A stretch of 61,449 nt of DNA, counting the filler, from Diploschistes diacapsis (Eukaryota): the NCBI GenBank assembly GCA_023645945.1. It is 7 parts of 7 records of this genome, joined end to end, with 100 filler letters (N's around TTAATTAATTAA, not from the genome) between each part and the next. Parts side by side here need not be neighbours in the genome. Positions count along the whole stretch, not along the records: positions 33,403 to 61,449 come from JALAIB010000155.1; 6 more parts are not named here. The stretch is one strand, 5' to 3'. Numbering within the stretch: position 1 is the first letter of the stretch; each line of letters begins with the position of its first letter. The position numbers and the translations under genes are program-made. The notes beneath the pieces are model-generated. The model saw nothing but the letters and a program-made list of their open reading frames with translations, was not told where the DNA came from and searched no databases. Shown here piece by piece: positions 37,470 through 50,300 of the stretch.

Positions 37470-39391
37470 TTAATTTGTTTGGGCGCCACCTACCTGAATG
37501 ACCGGTCCATTATATACCTTGCGGGCGTGAGTAAAGTAATAGACAATGCTGAAAATCATCGTTGCGCCAAACATGAGGCTACTATAATTCATGGTAGCAG
37601 CCGTGGGACGGCTATCCGGGGGCCACATGACAAAGAAGAAGACGATGATCAGATAAGCTATGGCGAAACCGTTAGTCATCAGGCCCGCAACTCCTGGCAC
37701 ACGCCATGGACCCCATACGAGGGGCGCTCCAGGGACATTGGTTAGGTCGTGGTCCAGGGCTGTCTCGTGGGCCTTGATATCGCCACGAAGGCGCCGGTAG
37801 AAAAGCAAGACTGCGACGACTAGATAGGAGCCGAAAAGACCAACGACGGACAGAGATACGATGTCATTAAATGCCGTCGAGGAGCCGAGCACGATAAAGG
37901 ATAATAGGACGGCAATGGTGGTGGTGACGGCGACGGAAAAGATGGGGATCGAAGAGCGGGGGTGTACGCGCTGTAGATATCGCCAGCCTGGGACAGCGCG
38001 ATCGCGCGAGAAAGCCCAGAGCTGACGCGAGGCAGAGGCCACGATGCCGACCGTAGCACAGAGGGATAGAAGCACAATCAACGAGGTCATAATCGCGGCT
38101 CCCGGCAACGACTGAACGGCCTGGTAAAAAATTTCGATAAAAGGGAAACCCGTTTCTGTCTTGAGGGCTGCCTCGACGTCGCCGATTACAAAGAGTAACG
38201 TTAGGCACATGCCAAGTCCCATCATGCCGTTCAAGAGGATCGAGGTCATGATCGCTTTTGGAACGACTTTGGATGCATTCTGAATCTCTTCCGCCATGTG
38301 AATGGCTCCGTCTGCGCCAAAAAAGGCGTATACGTTGCCCAGAAGCCCCACGAACCAGGAAAGTCCCATTGTAGGCCAGTCTCCGGAATTAATAAACAGT
38401 TGAAAGACTTGCGAGGGCGGCGCATGGGGCCCCAACACTGTGAGCGGTATGATGATTGCGAAAAACCCCAAAATGTGTAGGATGAGGATCATAGCTTCGA
38501 ACATCGGAAGCCAGGTACTTATAACCGTGTTTACAACCACGCCGAATGCGATTATCGCCCAGTAGAGTAACATACTTTGCCAGGGCCGAGGTTGGTACGA
38601 GGAATCAGCCAAAATGATTAAGCCTTGCGCCATGGTGCCGTTCAGAAAGCCGGCGGAAGCAACAAAAGCTTGCCAGCCCAGGCACGTGAGCCATCCTGTG
38701 CGGCCGCAATCAGTCCGATTTTATTGAGCACTGAGAGGTGCAGAACGATGGTGCTTTGGCAACAACATGCGTTCAGCGATACGTACCCGTAATATAGCTC
38801 AGGAAGCTCGACATGCTTGGTGGCGAAAGCATGGAAACCCAGTGATACTGCCCACCGGACGTTGGTGCCCTGATTCGAGCGTTATCGGACGTCCTTCCTT
38901 CTGACGGTGTTTACTTGCATAGAGCTCGCCTCGGACAGGGTTGAAAAAACGGCAAGAGTGCCAACCCAAACGAATATATATCCGTAGACAACTCCAGCAG
39001 GCCCACCGCTGAGCCCAATGTCAGCCCAAGCCGCCTAAATAATCCGATGCTTTTCGTTCAAACACACTTTTCAAGACCGGGCGCGAAAACACTTTGGTGA
39101 TGGTTAGTCTCCAGCGAAACACAGGAACCAAGACGGACGTACATGAGAAAAGCCTCCCAAGTGATGACAACGGTGCAGCTGAATCCCAGAATGGCCATGA
39201 ATCCAAAGTTTCGCTGCAGTCGATTTGGTGAGCAATTGCCGCAGGCGCTGCTAGGTTATTCTCACCTTCAACACAGGGAGTTTGCCCAGGCGACCGAGGT
39301 CATTCTCGTCCCGGTGGGCTTTCAGCTCGCTCATTTCGAATCCCTGGGCGGTATCGTGGTTAGTATTTACCGTCTTGACGAACGTGTCCAT
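37470..39391 (-). CDS. Amino acid/choline/GABA permease (APC, ACT family)
   Basis: RNFGFMAILGFSC, GGPAG, PTSGGQYHWV, GADGAIHMAEE and SRQLWAFSRD motifs; several 5' introns. Confidence 0.9.
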
Positions 39392-39468
39392 GCTTGATTA
39401 TTGCAGTGACTGTCTGATGGGAAGTCTTGGCAGGCACTTATGCGCGTATGGCAGAGGTACGTTGAAAA

Positions 39469-39491
39469 GAAGAAGAAGAAGAAGAAGAAGA
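39469..39491. repeat. (GAA)n microsatellite
   Basis: Direct reading. Confidence 0.85.
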
Positions 39492-40139
39492 ATGGAGAAA
39501 GAGGAGGGGTCTGAACTACGATACAAGGCTTCGGGAGAGAGAAAAGGCGCTTTAACAAAACTAGTATATAAATATGAAAGGCGGGAATTAGCCAGAGTGA
39601 CCAGTGGCTCTGGGAGGGTTTGGCACACAATCTCGCCCGCGGACAACACTGCAATAAAGGTCTTGCTTGTTCCAACAAGAACGTGGCTGCCTTTTGAAAA
39701 CTCAACTGGTCAATGCTTTGAAGTATATAGTAGCTCCTGTTCGAATCAATCGATCGAATTGGGATTAAAGTCCGATTGGCTCGGCTCGGCAGATTTTTGG
39801 TGCAGCTCAAGAGAATCAAAAAAAGTAATATCTATCTATCTATCTACCTATCTATCTACTTCGAATGAACCCTACCTCAAAGAATTGAACGCCCCTACTT
39901 TGTCCAGGAAGAGAAATACAACCTCCCAGCCGTTGTCCATTTGTTAAGTTGCCCTACTTGCGCTATTAATCTTTATTTCTAACCTAATTTCGCGTCGCTG
40001 GTATTTCCTGATCCGGAGGCTCACCCTCTTTGGAGATGCATCAAATGCGAAATAGAAAAAACTAGGGTTACAAAAGGTAGGGAAGTCTGACTTGTATGTC
40101 TTCCATCTACTAAGAGTGACCAATAGCGCTGTCTAATCA

Positions 40140-41453
40140 TCAAGACTGGGCCGTCTCGACAGCCCATGTTGTAGTTTGTATTATGAACTGCTCACTGTCG
40201 GCCAGGTTGGACAGCGGCTCTGCTGGTCTAGCAGTCGCACTGTATCTAACGTCGCTTGTCCTGGCCGGCCTTGGCATCTGAAGCTCAATGTCACTATACT
40301 GACTGACGTGGGTAGGGTAATCTCGTTTTGAACTCCAGCGGAGCCGGCGCTTGAACCGTATCGCAGATCCTTCTTGCGTTCCTTGTCCGGCACCATACCC
40401 ATATTCGCTGCCCTGTCTGCGACGCAAGTCTCCCGCTTGCAAGAAGCCAGATTGTAGGCTGTCCACGAACGGCTTCAGGTAGACCGTAGAGGCGGTCATA
40501 ATGCTTAGGGCCTGGCTGATCTGACCAGGGATCGCAGCGCGCCAAATATCGAAAGTCGGGTCACTTGAATTCAGAGAGTCCACGGTGTAGACAAATTGAA
40601 ACACGAGGGAAACCAGCACGCTGTACTCCATTAACTGTCGCTTGGAACTATGCACCGGATTCCCTTACGAAGCTCTTGCTGCGAAAAAGCAGCTGGCTGT
40701 AAGCCTTTTTCGGAGATCAAGATTCAAATTCTGAATGATATGCACGGGCTGGGCCACTAAGGCTACCTCCGTTAAGATGTTCACAGTCGCCTGGTATGCT
40801 GTAGCAGCAATCTGGATGTCGAGTCAGATCACCAATTTTTCACTGGGCAAAAGCTCACCAAGTTCGAGCAATGACCGTTAATGGTCTGCCAAGGGGCTGG
40901 TAGGCCACATTCAAAGGCAATGGTGAGGATGGAGGTCAGAGCCCATAAACCGATAACAATGGCCAGAGCGAGACAGAACCTTCGATTCTGAGTTGTTCGT
41001 GACAGGTTCAGTAAGTAAGTAAGCAATCCTAGCTTCGAGAAGGCCATGCTGGCGACGAACAGCAACTGTTCGGTATACTGAAGCTATCATGGTCTGAGCG
41101 CTGTCCCCGCATCTTGTGGCCTATCGATTACCTGAAGCATGCTTCTCCTTTGCGTATCGTCCAAATCTTTGCTACGCTGTCCCAGGCCATTACTGGCGGC
41201 GACCGCAATTGTTATTGACTGTGCCGTAGCGAACAACTATCAAAAGCTGTCAATTTCATATCCAGCTAAGCAAGGGGGGGGTACGCACAGCGCCCACGTA
41301 GGTGAGATAGTCATCAAGGCTGGAGCGCCTTATAACCCAGATTTTAATCGTAAATCGGACAGAGACTGCGAGAATGACGACCACGAGACAAAACCAAACA
41401 ATTATCTGAATCACCGGGCTCACATTATCCGCAGTCACGACAACGCGTCCCAT
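40140..41453 (-). CDS. PTH11-like (fungal rhodopsin-domain) membrane protein
   Basis: VRFTIK..SLDDYL, ASNGLGQ, SKLGLL, AFECGLPAPW and LSIMTASTVYLKPF motifs; multiple introns. Confidence 0.8.
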
Positions 41454-41718
41454 TTAGAGGACATCAATCCCGAGCTTGAACAGTCAAAGCGTAATGAAGG
41501 TTTTTCAGAGGAAGGGGAAAGAGCTAGTTAACAGCCTCTTGGAATGTTGCAAATGGGAGAGAGAGGTGTGAGGGGGAAACATTCATCCAAGCCCTCCACC
41601 AGTCATCCATTACCGACTTTAGCCCCACTCTCCGAAGTGTAAGTAACTTCTTGCGTACGAGTCAAAAACACTGCGCTAAAGAAAGTGGTGATGGTTGGAG
41701 GTTGTAGATCAGTAGCTA

Positions 41719-42815
41719 CTAAGTAATTTCTGACGTGGTCCCGCAGATGCTACGCTGCTGAAGGGCGTTCAGCTCGATATCGAAATGTTGCTGCAGTAGG
41801 CGGACCCTTTCTTCTTCGCTTTGACACGAAATTCCCAGTTCCGTTTGGCCTCGCACTCGTCTCTTCAGCACCTTCTCGTACAGAGTCAAGTCGCCCACAA
41901 TTTCCTTGCCGTGCTCATCCAGCAGCATCTTTCCGACCGTGACCTTATGCGTGAACCAGCTCCTTCTGTGCGTGCTGACATACCAATTCATGACCGCGAA
42001 ATCCGCCGGAATGAACTCAACGTCTGGGAAGGCATAAACCGAGATCCATGGTTGATCGTCGCCGTAACGCTGTTCCAACTGCCAACATTTGTGCGCTTCA
42101 TGGCGCGAAGTGGATTCGGGAAGGAAGCCCCTAATTAGCCGCACTGAACGGGGAGCAATGGACCTGATTGGGGCTTTGTTCTCCGCCAACAGTATTGGCA
42201 ATATGGGCCCTTTGGCGTTCATGCCTACGTCCACGAGGTAGCGCTCGGAAGACATTTCCACGGTGTTGATCATATGGTCCCTTTTCGATCCCTTGGGGTT
42301 AGCCACCTCGATTTGATTTGATTTGGTTTGATTTGATTTGATTCCTTGAGCATCAAGTCAACCCACCATCCATTGTAACTCGATCCCCCATATCCCACGC
42401 TCGAAGCAACCGCCTGACAATCTGTATTCACCCGTGCGGCCAAGCTTGTTACCTCGAACCCAAGGCTTCTCAGCACATTCCCAAAAAAAGTATTCAGCTG
42501 CAGGCAATGACCCCCGCGATTGCTTTTACTCTTGACCATGTTATGGAAGAGCTCGTCTGCGTCCAAAGACACCTCGCGATGTGGAGAGTAGTGAAGCGCT
42601 AGATTTTCGAAGGGGACCTTGGCCAGCTGGAAACGCATTAGTGCTGTTAGGAACGGAAGTCCTGGAACCACATTGCGCGCCAAGTGCGGATGAGCGAGGA
42701 TCGACGACGATAGATACGGTTCAGGGAGTTTGATGAAGGCCAGATAGGCTTCTAGCTGGCTTTGGGAGTACAATGGACGTGTCGAGCGTGCATTTGATTG
42801 GGAAGAAGGATCCAT
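41719..42815 (-). CDS. Arylamine N-acetyltransferase (NAT)-family acyltransferase
   Basis: VPFENLALHYS, RGGHC (catalytic Cys), W|DHM (His) and YLVDVG (Asp). Intron 42281-42366 contains an (AATCA)n repeat. Confidence 0.93.
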
Positions 42816-43602
42816 GGGCTGACCGAGGTGTGAATCAGCTTTAGAAGAAACATTGCCATACTCCTTACACAAAAGGGTGGCCATCAAAGTACCTTTTATG
42901 TTGTAGCCCAACGTTATGTTATTCGTGTTCGGATCAATGGTCGTCTCGTATCTGTTGCACCTCCATCCTGCAAGTCCACGTGTTCCTACCTCGCTATACC
43001 ACTCGACAGGCCGAGTGTAGTCTATTCGTGCATCCACAAGGGTAAGTTGGGAATACCCAAGATCGCTCAAGTCCTTCTTATCTTGGGCGCCAAGACCGGC
43101 TACTCAATTTCTTGTTCGAGATACACGATGCTTTTACCAAGTTGACGACATACTCACCCACCTTGCATAGTGTTAGTTACTTAGGATTATAACGTACCGT
43201 GTAGTTTGTGTGATCATTCACCGAATAGCCGTGCTGAATTCAGCATACACATTTGCAGATCCATTATCCCGACCAATCTTACGTGTCAAGCCAAACTATC
43301 AGCCGTACGTGCTTGCCAATAGGCCTGGTGAAAGTAGATAACAGTCGAATATCATGGGCAAGCAATTGTGGCCCTCGGAAAGACATGCTTGAATTTCAGC
43401 TTCCATCGATAGATCTTCCAAACTTACCCGAAAAAGGGTTAGGAGAGCTTTCTCTCTCTGAAATACTTGGATAAGGAGTCCAGACTAAAAGAATCTATCA
43501 TCTATGCAAGTCTGGCAAATCCTTTGTGGTATTCCTTGGGTTAGGGCCTAATACGGGGAGGTTCAAACGAATACTACAACTCTTGGACACTCTAAATACG
43601 CC

Positions 43603-46107
43603 ATGGACATCCAACAAATACTTTTCATTGATGCTTTCGATTCTTTCTCTAACAATATCATTGCTCTCCTTGAGAAAGAATTGCAAGTGAACGTCACAAA
43701 GATTCATATTGATGAATACCTTACCAGTTTCTTCAAGCTCTCCCGCAACTTCTCAGCTATAGTTATTGGGCCTGGACCAGGCAGTGCGGATAATCCTCAT
43801 GATGTGGGTGTTATTGAACAGGTGTGGAAGCTATCGGACGAGTATCTACTTCCAGTGATGGGCATTTGTCTCGGATTCCAGAGTCTCGTTCGGGCATTTG
43901 GTGGCAAGATAGAAACCCTTCCGCATCCCCGTCATGGCCAAAAGACTACCATCACCACCCAAGGAGCCTCGATCTTTGAGGGACTTGAGGCTTTTGAAGC
44001 GGTGCAGTATCACTCACTGTATGCAATATTAGGCAATGAAATATGTCGGGGTGACGCCAACGTTGAGCAGAGGATCTGGGAGTCAGGTCCTCTAGCAACG
44101 GACCTAATCCCGCTGGCCTGGGACTTGCAGCCGTATGGATACTCGGAAGAGCTCAATAATGAACAGACGCGGCTTTGCAGATGTGAATCGCATCCTGAAA
44201 GGATCTTAATGGCAGTGAAACATGCCCACAAACCGTTTTATGGAGTTCAGTTCCACCCCGAATCAATATGTTCCAGTAACGCCGCTAGGCAAGTAGTGCG
44301 CAACTGGTGGCATGTTGCACGGGGATGGCCTGTACAGTCTACAAAAGCTGTAAACCAGCCATTGTCGCAAAATAAGACAGGTTGCGTCCCAGCCCCAAAC
44401 CATTCTCAACTTGCTATCAACATGAGACTTGCCTCTGATGCGCCCAGAAGCCTCCCGTTCGCTTGGAATGATCAAGTTCACTCCTCTGAGAATGTGGCTC
44501 TGAAATACCAGAGTATGCAGCTTGGGAAGCTTACAGTCCCATCAATATGTTCACGGCTTGAGATAGTTGGTCGCGAAAATCAGCAAGCAGTGATACTAGA
44601 TTCTGCGAAGAAAGTTCCCAGCCTAGGGGCGCAAAGCATCATTGGCATCGTGGATGCCAACACACTGATCGTCTCGTACCGTATAGGAAGTGCAGTAATG
44701 GAACTTCGGAAAGGGCAGGAGATCAATTATGAGGACCTTGGGCTTTATGAGAACTCAGTCTTTGAATATATGAAGCAATTCATGCGAAGAAACGAACTCA
44801 AAGACTTATCTGTCCCGTCAGAGTCCTCTTTCTGGGGTGGCTTTATGGGATACATCGACTATGAGGCATGCTTGGAGACGATCGCAGTTGATGCAACATT
44901 TGCCCATTCCAAAAGACCAAATATCTCATTTGCTTTTGTCGAAAAAAGTATAGTTCTTGCCCAGGATACAGAGTTGCTCTATGTGCAATCCATCAGAAGA
45001 GGTGACTCTGAATGGGTGCAGCAAACCATGCAAACTCTAAAAACCTTCCAACAAGAGATTTGGCTTGAAGCTCGTGCTGGACTTCCTAGTAAGGAACCAG
45101 TCAATTCTCCTGCAACTACAAAGGTGAAACTTCGGGTTCCGGTCCAGTCTGAATACTGTGACAAGATTCGGATTTGTCAAAAAGAGCTAAAGGCAGGAAA
45201 TTCATACGAGCTGTGTCTTACAGACCAAACAGAAGTCGAGGTCCCCGTATCGGAAGCAGTTCCGTCATGGAAACAGTATCAAAGTCTCCGTAAATGCAAC
45301 CCAGCACCTTTTGCAGCATACCTCCGTCTTGGACCATTGACTCTGATGAGTTCGTCCCCCGAAAGATTTCTCCATTGGTCCAGACCCAAACAGGCGAAGA
45401 GTGGAAAGGCTCGCTTTGAGGTCCTAGAGTCCATTTGTCAATTTCGCCCTATCAAAGGAACGGTTGAAAAACAGATTCGCCTTCATAATGGCCAAATAAG
45501 GCGCAGGAGCCTTGAAGAAGCAACCAGTATACTTTCAACCCCCAAAGAGCAGGCCGAGAATCTCATGATTGTGGATCTCATCAGACACGACCTTACAGGT
45601 GTGGTAGGTGCGAACAATGTTCACGTTCCGTATCTTATGTCTGTCGAGGAATACGAAACTGTGTATCAACTTGTGACCGTAGTTGAGGGATCTTTATATC
45701 AGTTGCGGCCCTCTACGTTACTCGGCATCTGCGAGCCAGGCTCTGCCCGAAGAGTGGATCCATATGTCTTTTTTAAAAGCGGACTGGATGTGCTTAGAGC
45801 AAGTCTGCCACCGGGCAGCATGACCGGCGCGCCCAAGAAGCGGTCTTGCGAGATCCTGAACAAAGTTGAACTGGGGAAACCACGTTCAGTATACTCTGGC
45901 GTACTTGGCTATATAGATGTCGGTGGCAGAGGAGACTTCTCTGTGATCATCAGGACCGTATTCAAATGGGAGGACGAGCAGCCGAAAGGTGGAGGCGAGA
46001 CTTGGCGAATTGGAGCTGGCGGCGCGGTGACAGCGCTAAGCACCGAAGAAGGGGAATGGAATGAAATGAACACGAAGCTTTCTAGTGTTCTCGGGATTTA
46101 CGAATGA
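43603..46107 (+). CDS. Bifunctional aminodeoxychorismate (PABA) synthase, PabA-PabB fusion (Abz1-like)
   Basis: GATase half: IDAFDSF, GPGPG, GICLGFQ, QYHSL, VQFHPES. Chorismate-binding half: GNSYELCLT, SSPERFL, PIKGT, KEQAENLMIVDLIRHD, PPGSMTGAPK, IGAGGAV. Intronless. Confidence 0.95.
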   Translation: MDIQQILFIDAFDSFSNNIIALLEKELQVNVTKIHIDEYLTSFFKLSRNFSAIVIGPGPGSADNPHDVGVIEQVWKLSDEYLLPVMGICLGFQSLVRAFGGKIETLPHPRHGQKTTITTQGASIFEGLEAFEAVQYHSLYAILGNEICRGDANVEQRIWESGPLATDLIPLAWDLQPYGYSEELNNEQTRLCRCESHPERILMAVKHAHKPFYGVQFHPESICSSNAARQVVRNWWHVARGWPVQSTKAVNQPLSQNKTGCVPAPNHSQLAINMRLASDAPRSLPFAWNDQVHSSENVALKYQSMQLGKLTVPSICSRLEIVGRENQQAVILDSAKKVPSLGAQSIIGIVDANTLIVSYRIGSAVMELRKGQEINYEDLGLYENSVFEYMKQFMRRNELKDLSVPSESSFWGGFMGYIDYEACLETIAVDATFAHSKRPNISFAFVEKSIVLAQDTELLYVQSIRRGDSEWVQQTMQTLKTFQQEIWLEARAGLPSKEPVNSPATTKVKLRVPVQSEYCDKIRICQKELKAGNSYELCLTDQTEVEVPVSEAVPSWKQYQSLRKCNPAPFAAYLRLGPLTLMSSSPERFLHWSRPKQAKSGKARFEVLESICQFRPIKGTVEKQIRLHNGQIRRRSLEEATSILSTPKEQAENLMIVDLIRHDLTGVVGANNVHVPYLMSVEEYETVYQLVTVVEGSLYQLRPSTLLGICEPGSARRVDPYVFFKSGLDVLRASLPPGSMTGAPKKRSCEILNKVELGKPRSVYSGVLGYIDVGGRGDFSVIIRTVFKWEDEQPKGGGETWRIGAGGAVTALSTEEGEWNEMNTKLSSVLGIYE

Positions 46108-46864
46108 ATCCTCTCGAGCGCGGGTATGAGGCTATCAACGCGAATTCTTCTCAAACTGTCCCGCTACAAGGCAGCTTCGTTCAAATGGGGAATACCTATA
46201 GCTATACCAAAGGAAGTAACTTGGCGATTATTAGTGCCCACCTATAACATCGAAAAATAATCTTCGGTATTCCAACGCATCGCGAAAAACCTTTTCTCGA
46301 TAATGACCGCCTAGTAGGCAAAACAGGCAATAAATAAATAATGTTCGATGTTGAAAGTATATAAAAACAGGAAGTACTATGAGCCGTTTAAAAAAGCTGA
46401 CGACGCTAGCAAAAACTTGGAGTGAAAGAGATGCTTTATGGAAAATAGTAGTTATACCTATACTGATTATATTGGCTGATACTAGGTAGATGGGGCGTGC
46501 TGACACTCGAACCGCGCCCAAGGCCTTTATCAGCCTACCGACTCTATTACTGCTGCTTGCCTCCCCGTTCTGCCTACTCGCCTCTCTACTCACGAGACGC
46601 AAAACCAGCTTGTAGGTTCCTCGCGGTACCCCCTGGTGGAGCAGGCAATAAGAATGGTTAGAGTACGGGCGATTTCGAAGCGGATCTACATACTAGTCAG
46701 CGCTATCCAAGGCATAAAAGTACTACTACCTAGCCGTAGGTTTTAGGGCAATAACGGCATTCAAAAAAAATGGGTTTGATGGAATTATAAAAATGTTTGA
46801 GTAAGATAGAAAGCTAATAAAAAAGGAGATGATGAAGATGGGCTTCAAAGAAAATTAAGAAATT

Positions 46865-46938
46865 TGGTCACTACGAGGGTCGAACTCGCGACTTTGGCGT
46901 TATTAGCACCACACTCTAACCAACTGAGTTAAGCGACC
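46865..46938 (-). tRNA. tRNA-Ile(AAT)
   Basis: GGTCGCTTAACTCAGTTGGTTAGAGTGTGGTGCT-AAT-AACGCCAAAGTCGCGAGTTCGACCCTCGTAGTGACCA folds into a cloverleaf. Confidence 0.95.
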
Positions 46939-47361
46939 GTATGACACTTGAATGAATATATTGATTTTTATACCACATACAGGCTTGAAATGAGATGTAT
47001 GAGGAGCATTTAACGCGGAATTGGCCATGTGGAAAGGGGTTTGAGACAGCCATCTGGTTGATAATGCCCGGAGCTTGCGCCGCTTTAAAAATAAAATAAA
47101 CGGGAGCTAAAAGTGAACTAGGAAGGTTAAACCAGTCAAAAGAAAACGCGTCTCGGCTTCAATACAATCAAGGGGCTATTCTTCGATTCTATTTTTATAG
47201 CCCATAGGAACGGTCCGGAAAGAGCACCGCCTAAGATTTCTTGCCTTGAGAGAGGCTCTCCGGCACGCTGACACACGCATTGAGCAAGTACGATCTTCCT
47301 AAAAACGCACACCATCATTAACGTAAAAACATAACATATTCAACGAAGCTCAGCTGCCCCC

Positions 47362-50300
47362 TTACCCCGCCAAAATAATCCTCAAAAGTTCCGACTCGCG
47401 ACTCCTCCCGCCCGTCCAATCCACCCTGTCGAACCCCGCCCGCGCAAGCACCGCCTTCCACTGGCTCTCGTCCATGAGCGCATGGTCCCGCCCGTCATCA
47501 AATGCCCACCACCCGTCCAGCTGCCCGAAGATGACGTCCAGCAGGTACAGCTTCCGCGTGTACTCCACGAGCGCCAGGACCCCGCCGGGCCTCAGCATCT
47601 GGCGCGCATGGCCCACGCTTTTACACGTGTCGGGCGTGGCATGGATCACGTTCGTTGCGATGATCATGTCGAAATAGCCCCTCAGCTCCGACGACGGATC
47701 CGCCGTGATATCCAGCGTCCGGTACTTAACGAACCTGTACTCCGCCAGCTTGATCTTGGCGGCCGAGACGAAGCTCGGCGAGATGTCAGTGAAGGTGTAC
47801 TCGATTGGCAACCGCAGCTGGGCAAGGGCTTTCACGGCGTGCAGCGAGGTGCCGCAGGTGCCGCCTCCGATCTCGAGGACGCGCACGGCGGTCTGGCGGC
47901 TTGTCCGGGAGGTAAAGCTTTTGCCGATGAAGCTGGCGAGCTGCTGCGAGACCGAGGCCTGGATGGGCGCGATCAGGTACTGGTCTGCCATCAGCTTGCG
48001 CTTTTCTTGACTGCCGAAGATCAGGGAGAGTGGATCCAGTTTGCCATCGAGGCAGGCGTCCAAGTTGGGGCCGACGACGTGCAGCAGTTTGTGTTCGACA
48101 ATGAATTGCGGGAAGTCGGCTAGAATCTGGTCGAACCTCTCGGAGGAGGATGGCTGGGTGGATACCTGCTTCGAGGTGCGGGCCCACCGGCTGCCGACCT
48201 GGCTGATGAGACCGTCGTCGCGGAGGGCGAGCATGAGACGGTGCAGGAGTTTATCGTATTTGGGCACGTGGGGAACCGCCGGGATCTTCTGGCCGGCCCT
48301 GATGGAAGACAGGTCAACGCCGAGCTTCGCAAATGCTTCGGTAATGTATGCAACGATCAAGCCTGCCTGAGATGGATAGACGTGGGACCAGAACTTGTCA
48401 CATCCCGTTTGTCTCGCGAATAGATCGAACTCCTCCCGTATAACGTTCAAGGCTTTGAAGGATCCATTCAATGACCCATCAGTCGACTGGGGGTCTCCCT
48501 CCTCATCGCTCGAAAGCTTGGTGTCAGATGAGGCGGACGTTGTAGGGTTTGCGCTGGGGCCATCGCTGTCGAGGACATCGGATTCGCTCTGCAAGCCAGC
48601 CCCCGAGTCGTAGGAGAAGCCCCTGGCGTTCTTTGCTATCATTTCGCACAGCGAACCGAAGTTGTCCACATTCACGATCTCGTCCATGGCGAGATTGATG
48701 GAGAAGGTCGTGTTGATCTCTTCTGCGATCTCAATCACCATCAACGAATCGATGCCAAGGTCTGCAACTGTGGTGTCGTTGCGGAGCATACCAGGATCCA
48801 CGTCAGCGACGCGCGCGAGCAAATCGCACAGTACTTCTGCGAGGTCTTGTAGGTCGCTTGACTTCGGAGGCACGAGATCTTTCAAGGTCGGCTCTGGATT
48901 CTGCGATGGTGATGGAGAAGGTTTGACTGGCTTGATGGTCTCTGCAGGGATTGACTCGCGGCTTGTAATAGGCTGAGGGAATGCAGCAGTGCCTCCAAGA
49001 GCTTGTCGAAGCGTCTCGATTGATATTCTTGTAAAGGTCACGTCCAGCATGATTGTAGATAACTTCCCGCTTTCCATATCAAAGGCAAATATATCGCAAG
49101 TTGTTTCAGAGCCTTGTGATTCGAAGACCTTGAGGTATACGGCCCACGAGATGTCCCTGTCGGACGAGAGGCTGAGGCAGTCCTTGTAGTCTACTTGTCC
49201 GATAGTCGTATGGATGTAGATCTCCCCCTCTCGGCGATCCTGCAGGCCGTTCAGACAACAGAGGGGGACTTGTATAAGTTGCTCAATAGTCTCCGACAGG
49301 CTATTGGGCAATGGTATGATATAAGCAGCTGCTTCTTTGCCTTTGGCGGACGCTTCCTTGATCCTCTGCGCAGATTTAGGCATCTGGAAGAGACCTGCAA
49401 GGCTTTTGTACACAGCCTTTCCTTTGACGGAATCGGCTTCGGTATCGTTCGTGAGATCCCTGATACGAGTAGTATCGACGAGTCTCTGAAAGCGAGCAAA
49501 ATCTGGCCCAGTTCCCTTATTGCTGGCAAAGATTGTACCAGAACTATACCTTTGACTTGAGTTAGGGGTGTCACCGAGCACGAAAGTCCACGATTGTGGA
49601 TTTCTTGCACTTGATATCGTTAGGGTAAGTCCATTCTCGAGCTGAGCCGGGATCGGATGCTCCACTGCCAGATATTCTATGCAATAAGCGTTGACCTTTT
49701 GCGTTGAAGCGCTTTGAATCTTGTCAAGAGCCTTGAAGATTAAACGCAGTAGGAACGACAAGGGGCAGATAGGAACTTTAAGAATTTGGTGCTCAGAACA
49801 AGCGGTGCGCCATTCCTTGTGCTGAGTGTTGATCTTAAAATCGCCCCCCTTTTTAGTCATTTGCACGAGCCGTAGAAGCGGGATTTCCTCTGAATCTGGC
49901 TGTTGGATCAAGACTGCTGGTGGGGCCCACGCTTTCCACTCGAGCCAGTGACGCGACTTGTCGAATTGGTACGGAGGAAGATTCAATGTCCCGTACTGAT
50001 GGTGCTGGCTTTGATGGAAAGGCCAGAACTGTACTGGAAGGCCCAGATTCCAAAGCTCAGTTGTGAGATCGGCCAAGAGCTTGAGCGAAGAAGCAGGATC
50101 CGGTTTCAAAGCCTTGATCTTGTGAGAAGATGCCTCTGTCCCTAGAGCTCGTCGTAGCATCGGTGCGGCTGACGCGGAGCCCGCCTCGAGCCATGTGCAA
50201 GGACCGAGCTCCTCTGCAATCCTCTCCACCGCTTCATGAAAGTATACCGGATCCCGTGTATGCGATGCAACAAGATTCGGGGTAACCTTCTGCCACGTGT

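Noticed and set aside
33560..39391. GST, BTB protein and permease as cluster members
   Set aside because: These are common families separated from the core by intergenic or decayed DNA, and nothing in the sequence links them. GST or permease involvement cannot be fully excluded.
42816..43070. N-terminal extension of the NAT ORF from a TTG start
   Set aside because: NAT homology starts shortly after Met at 42815; the upstream part is most likely UTR or promoter.
47020..47190. ACAATCAAGGGGCT resembling the RNase MRP/P CR-V motif
   Set aside because: No matching GAAAGTCCCC-type CR-I partner upstream to form P4.
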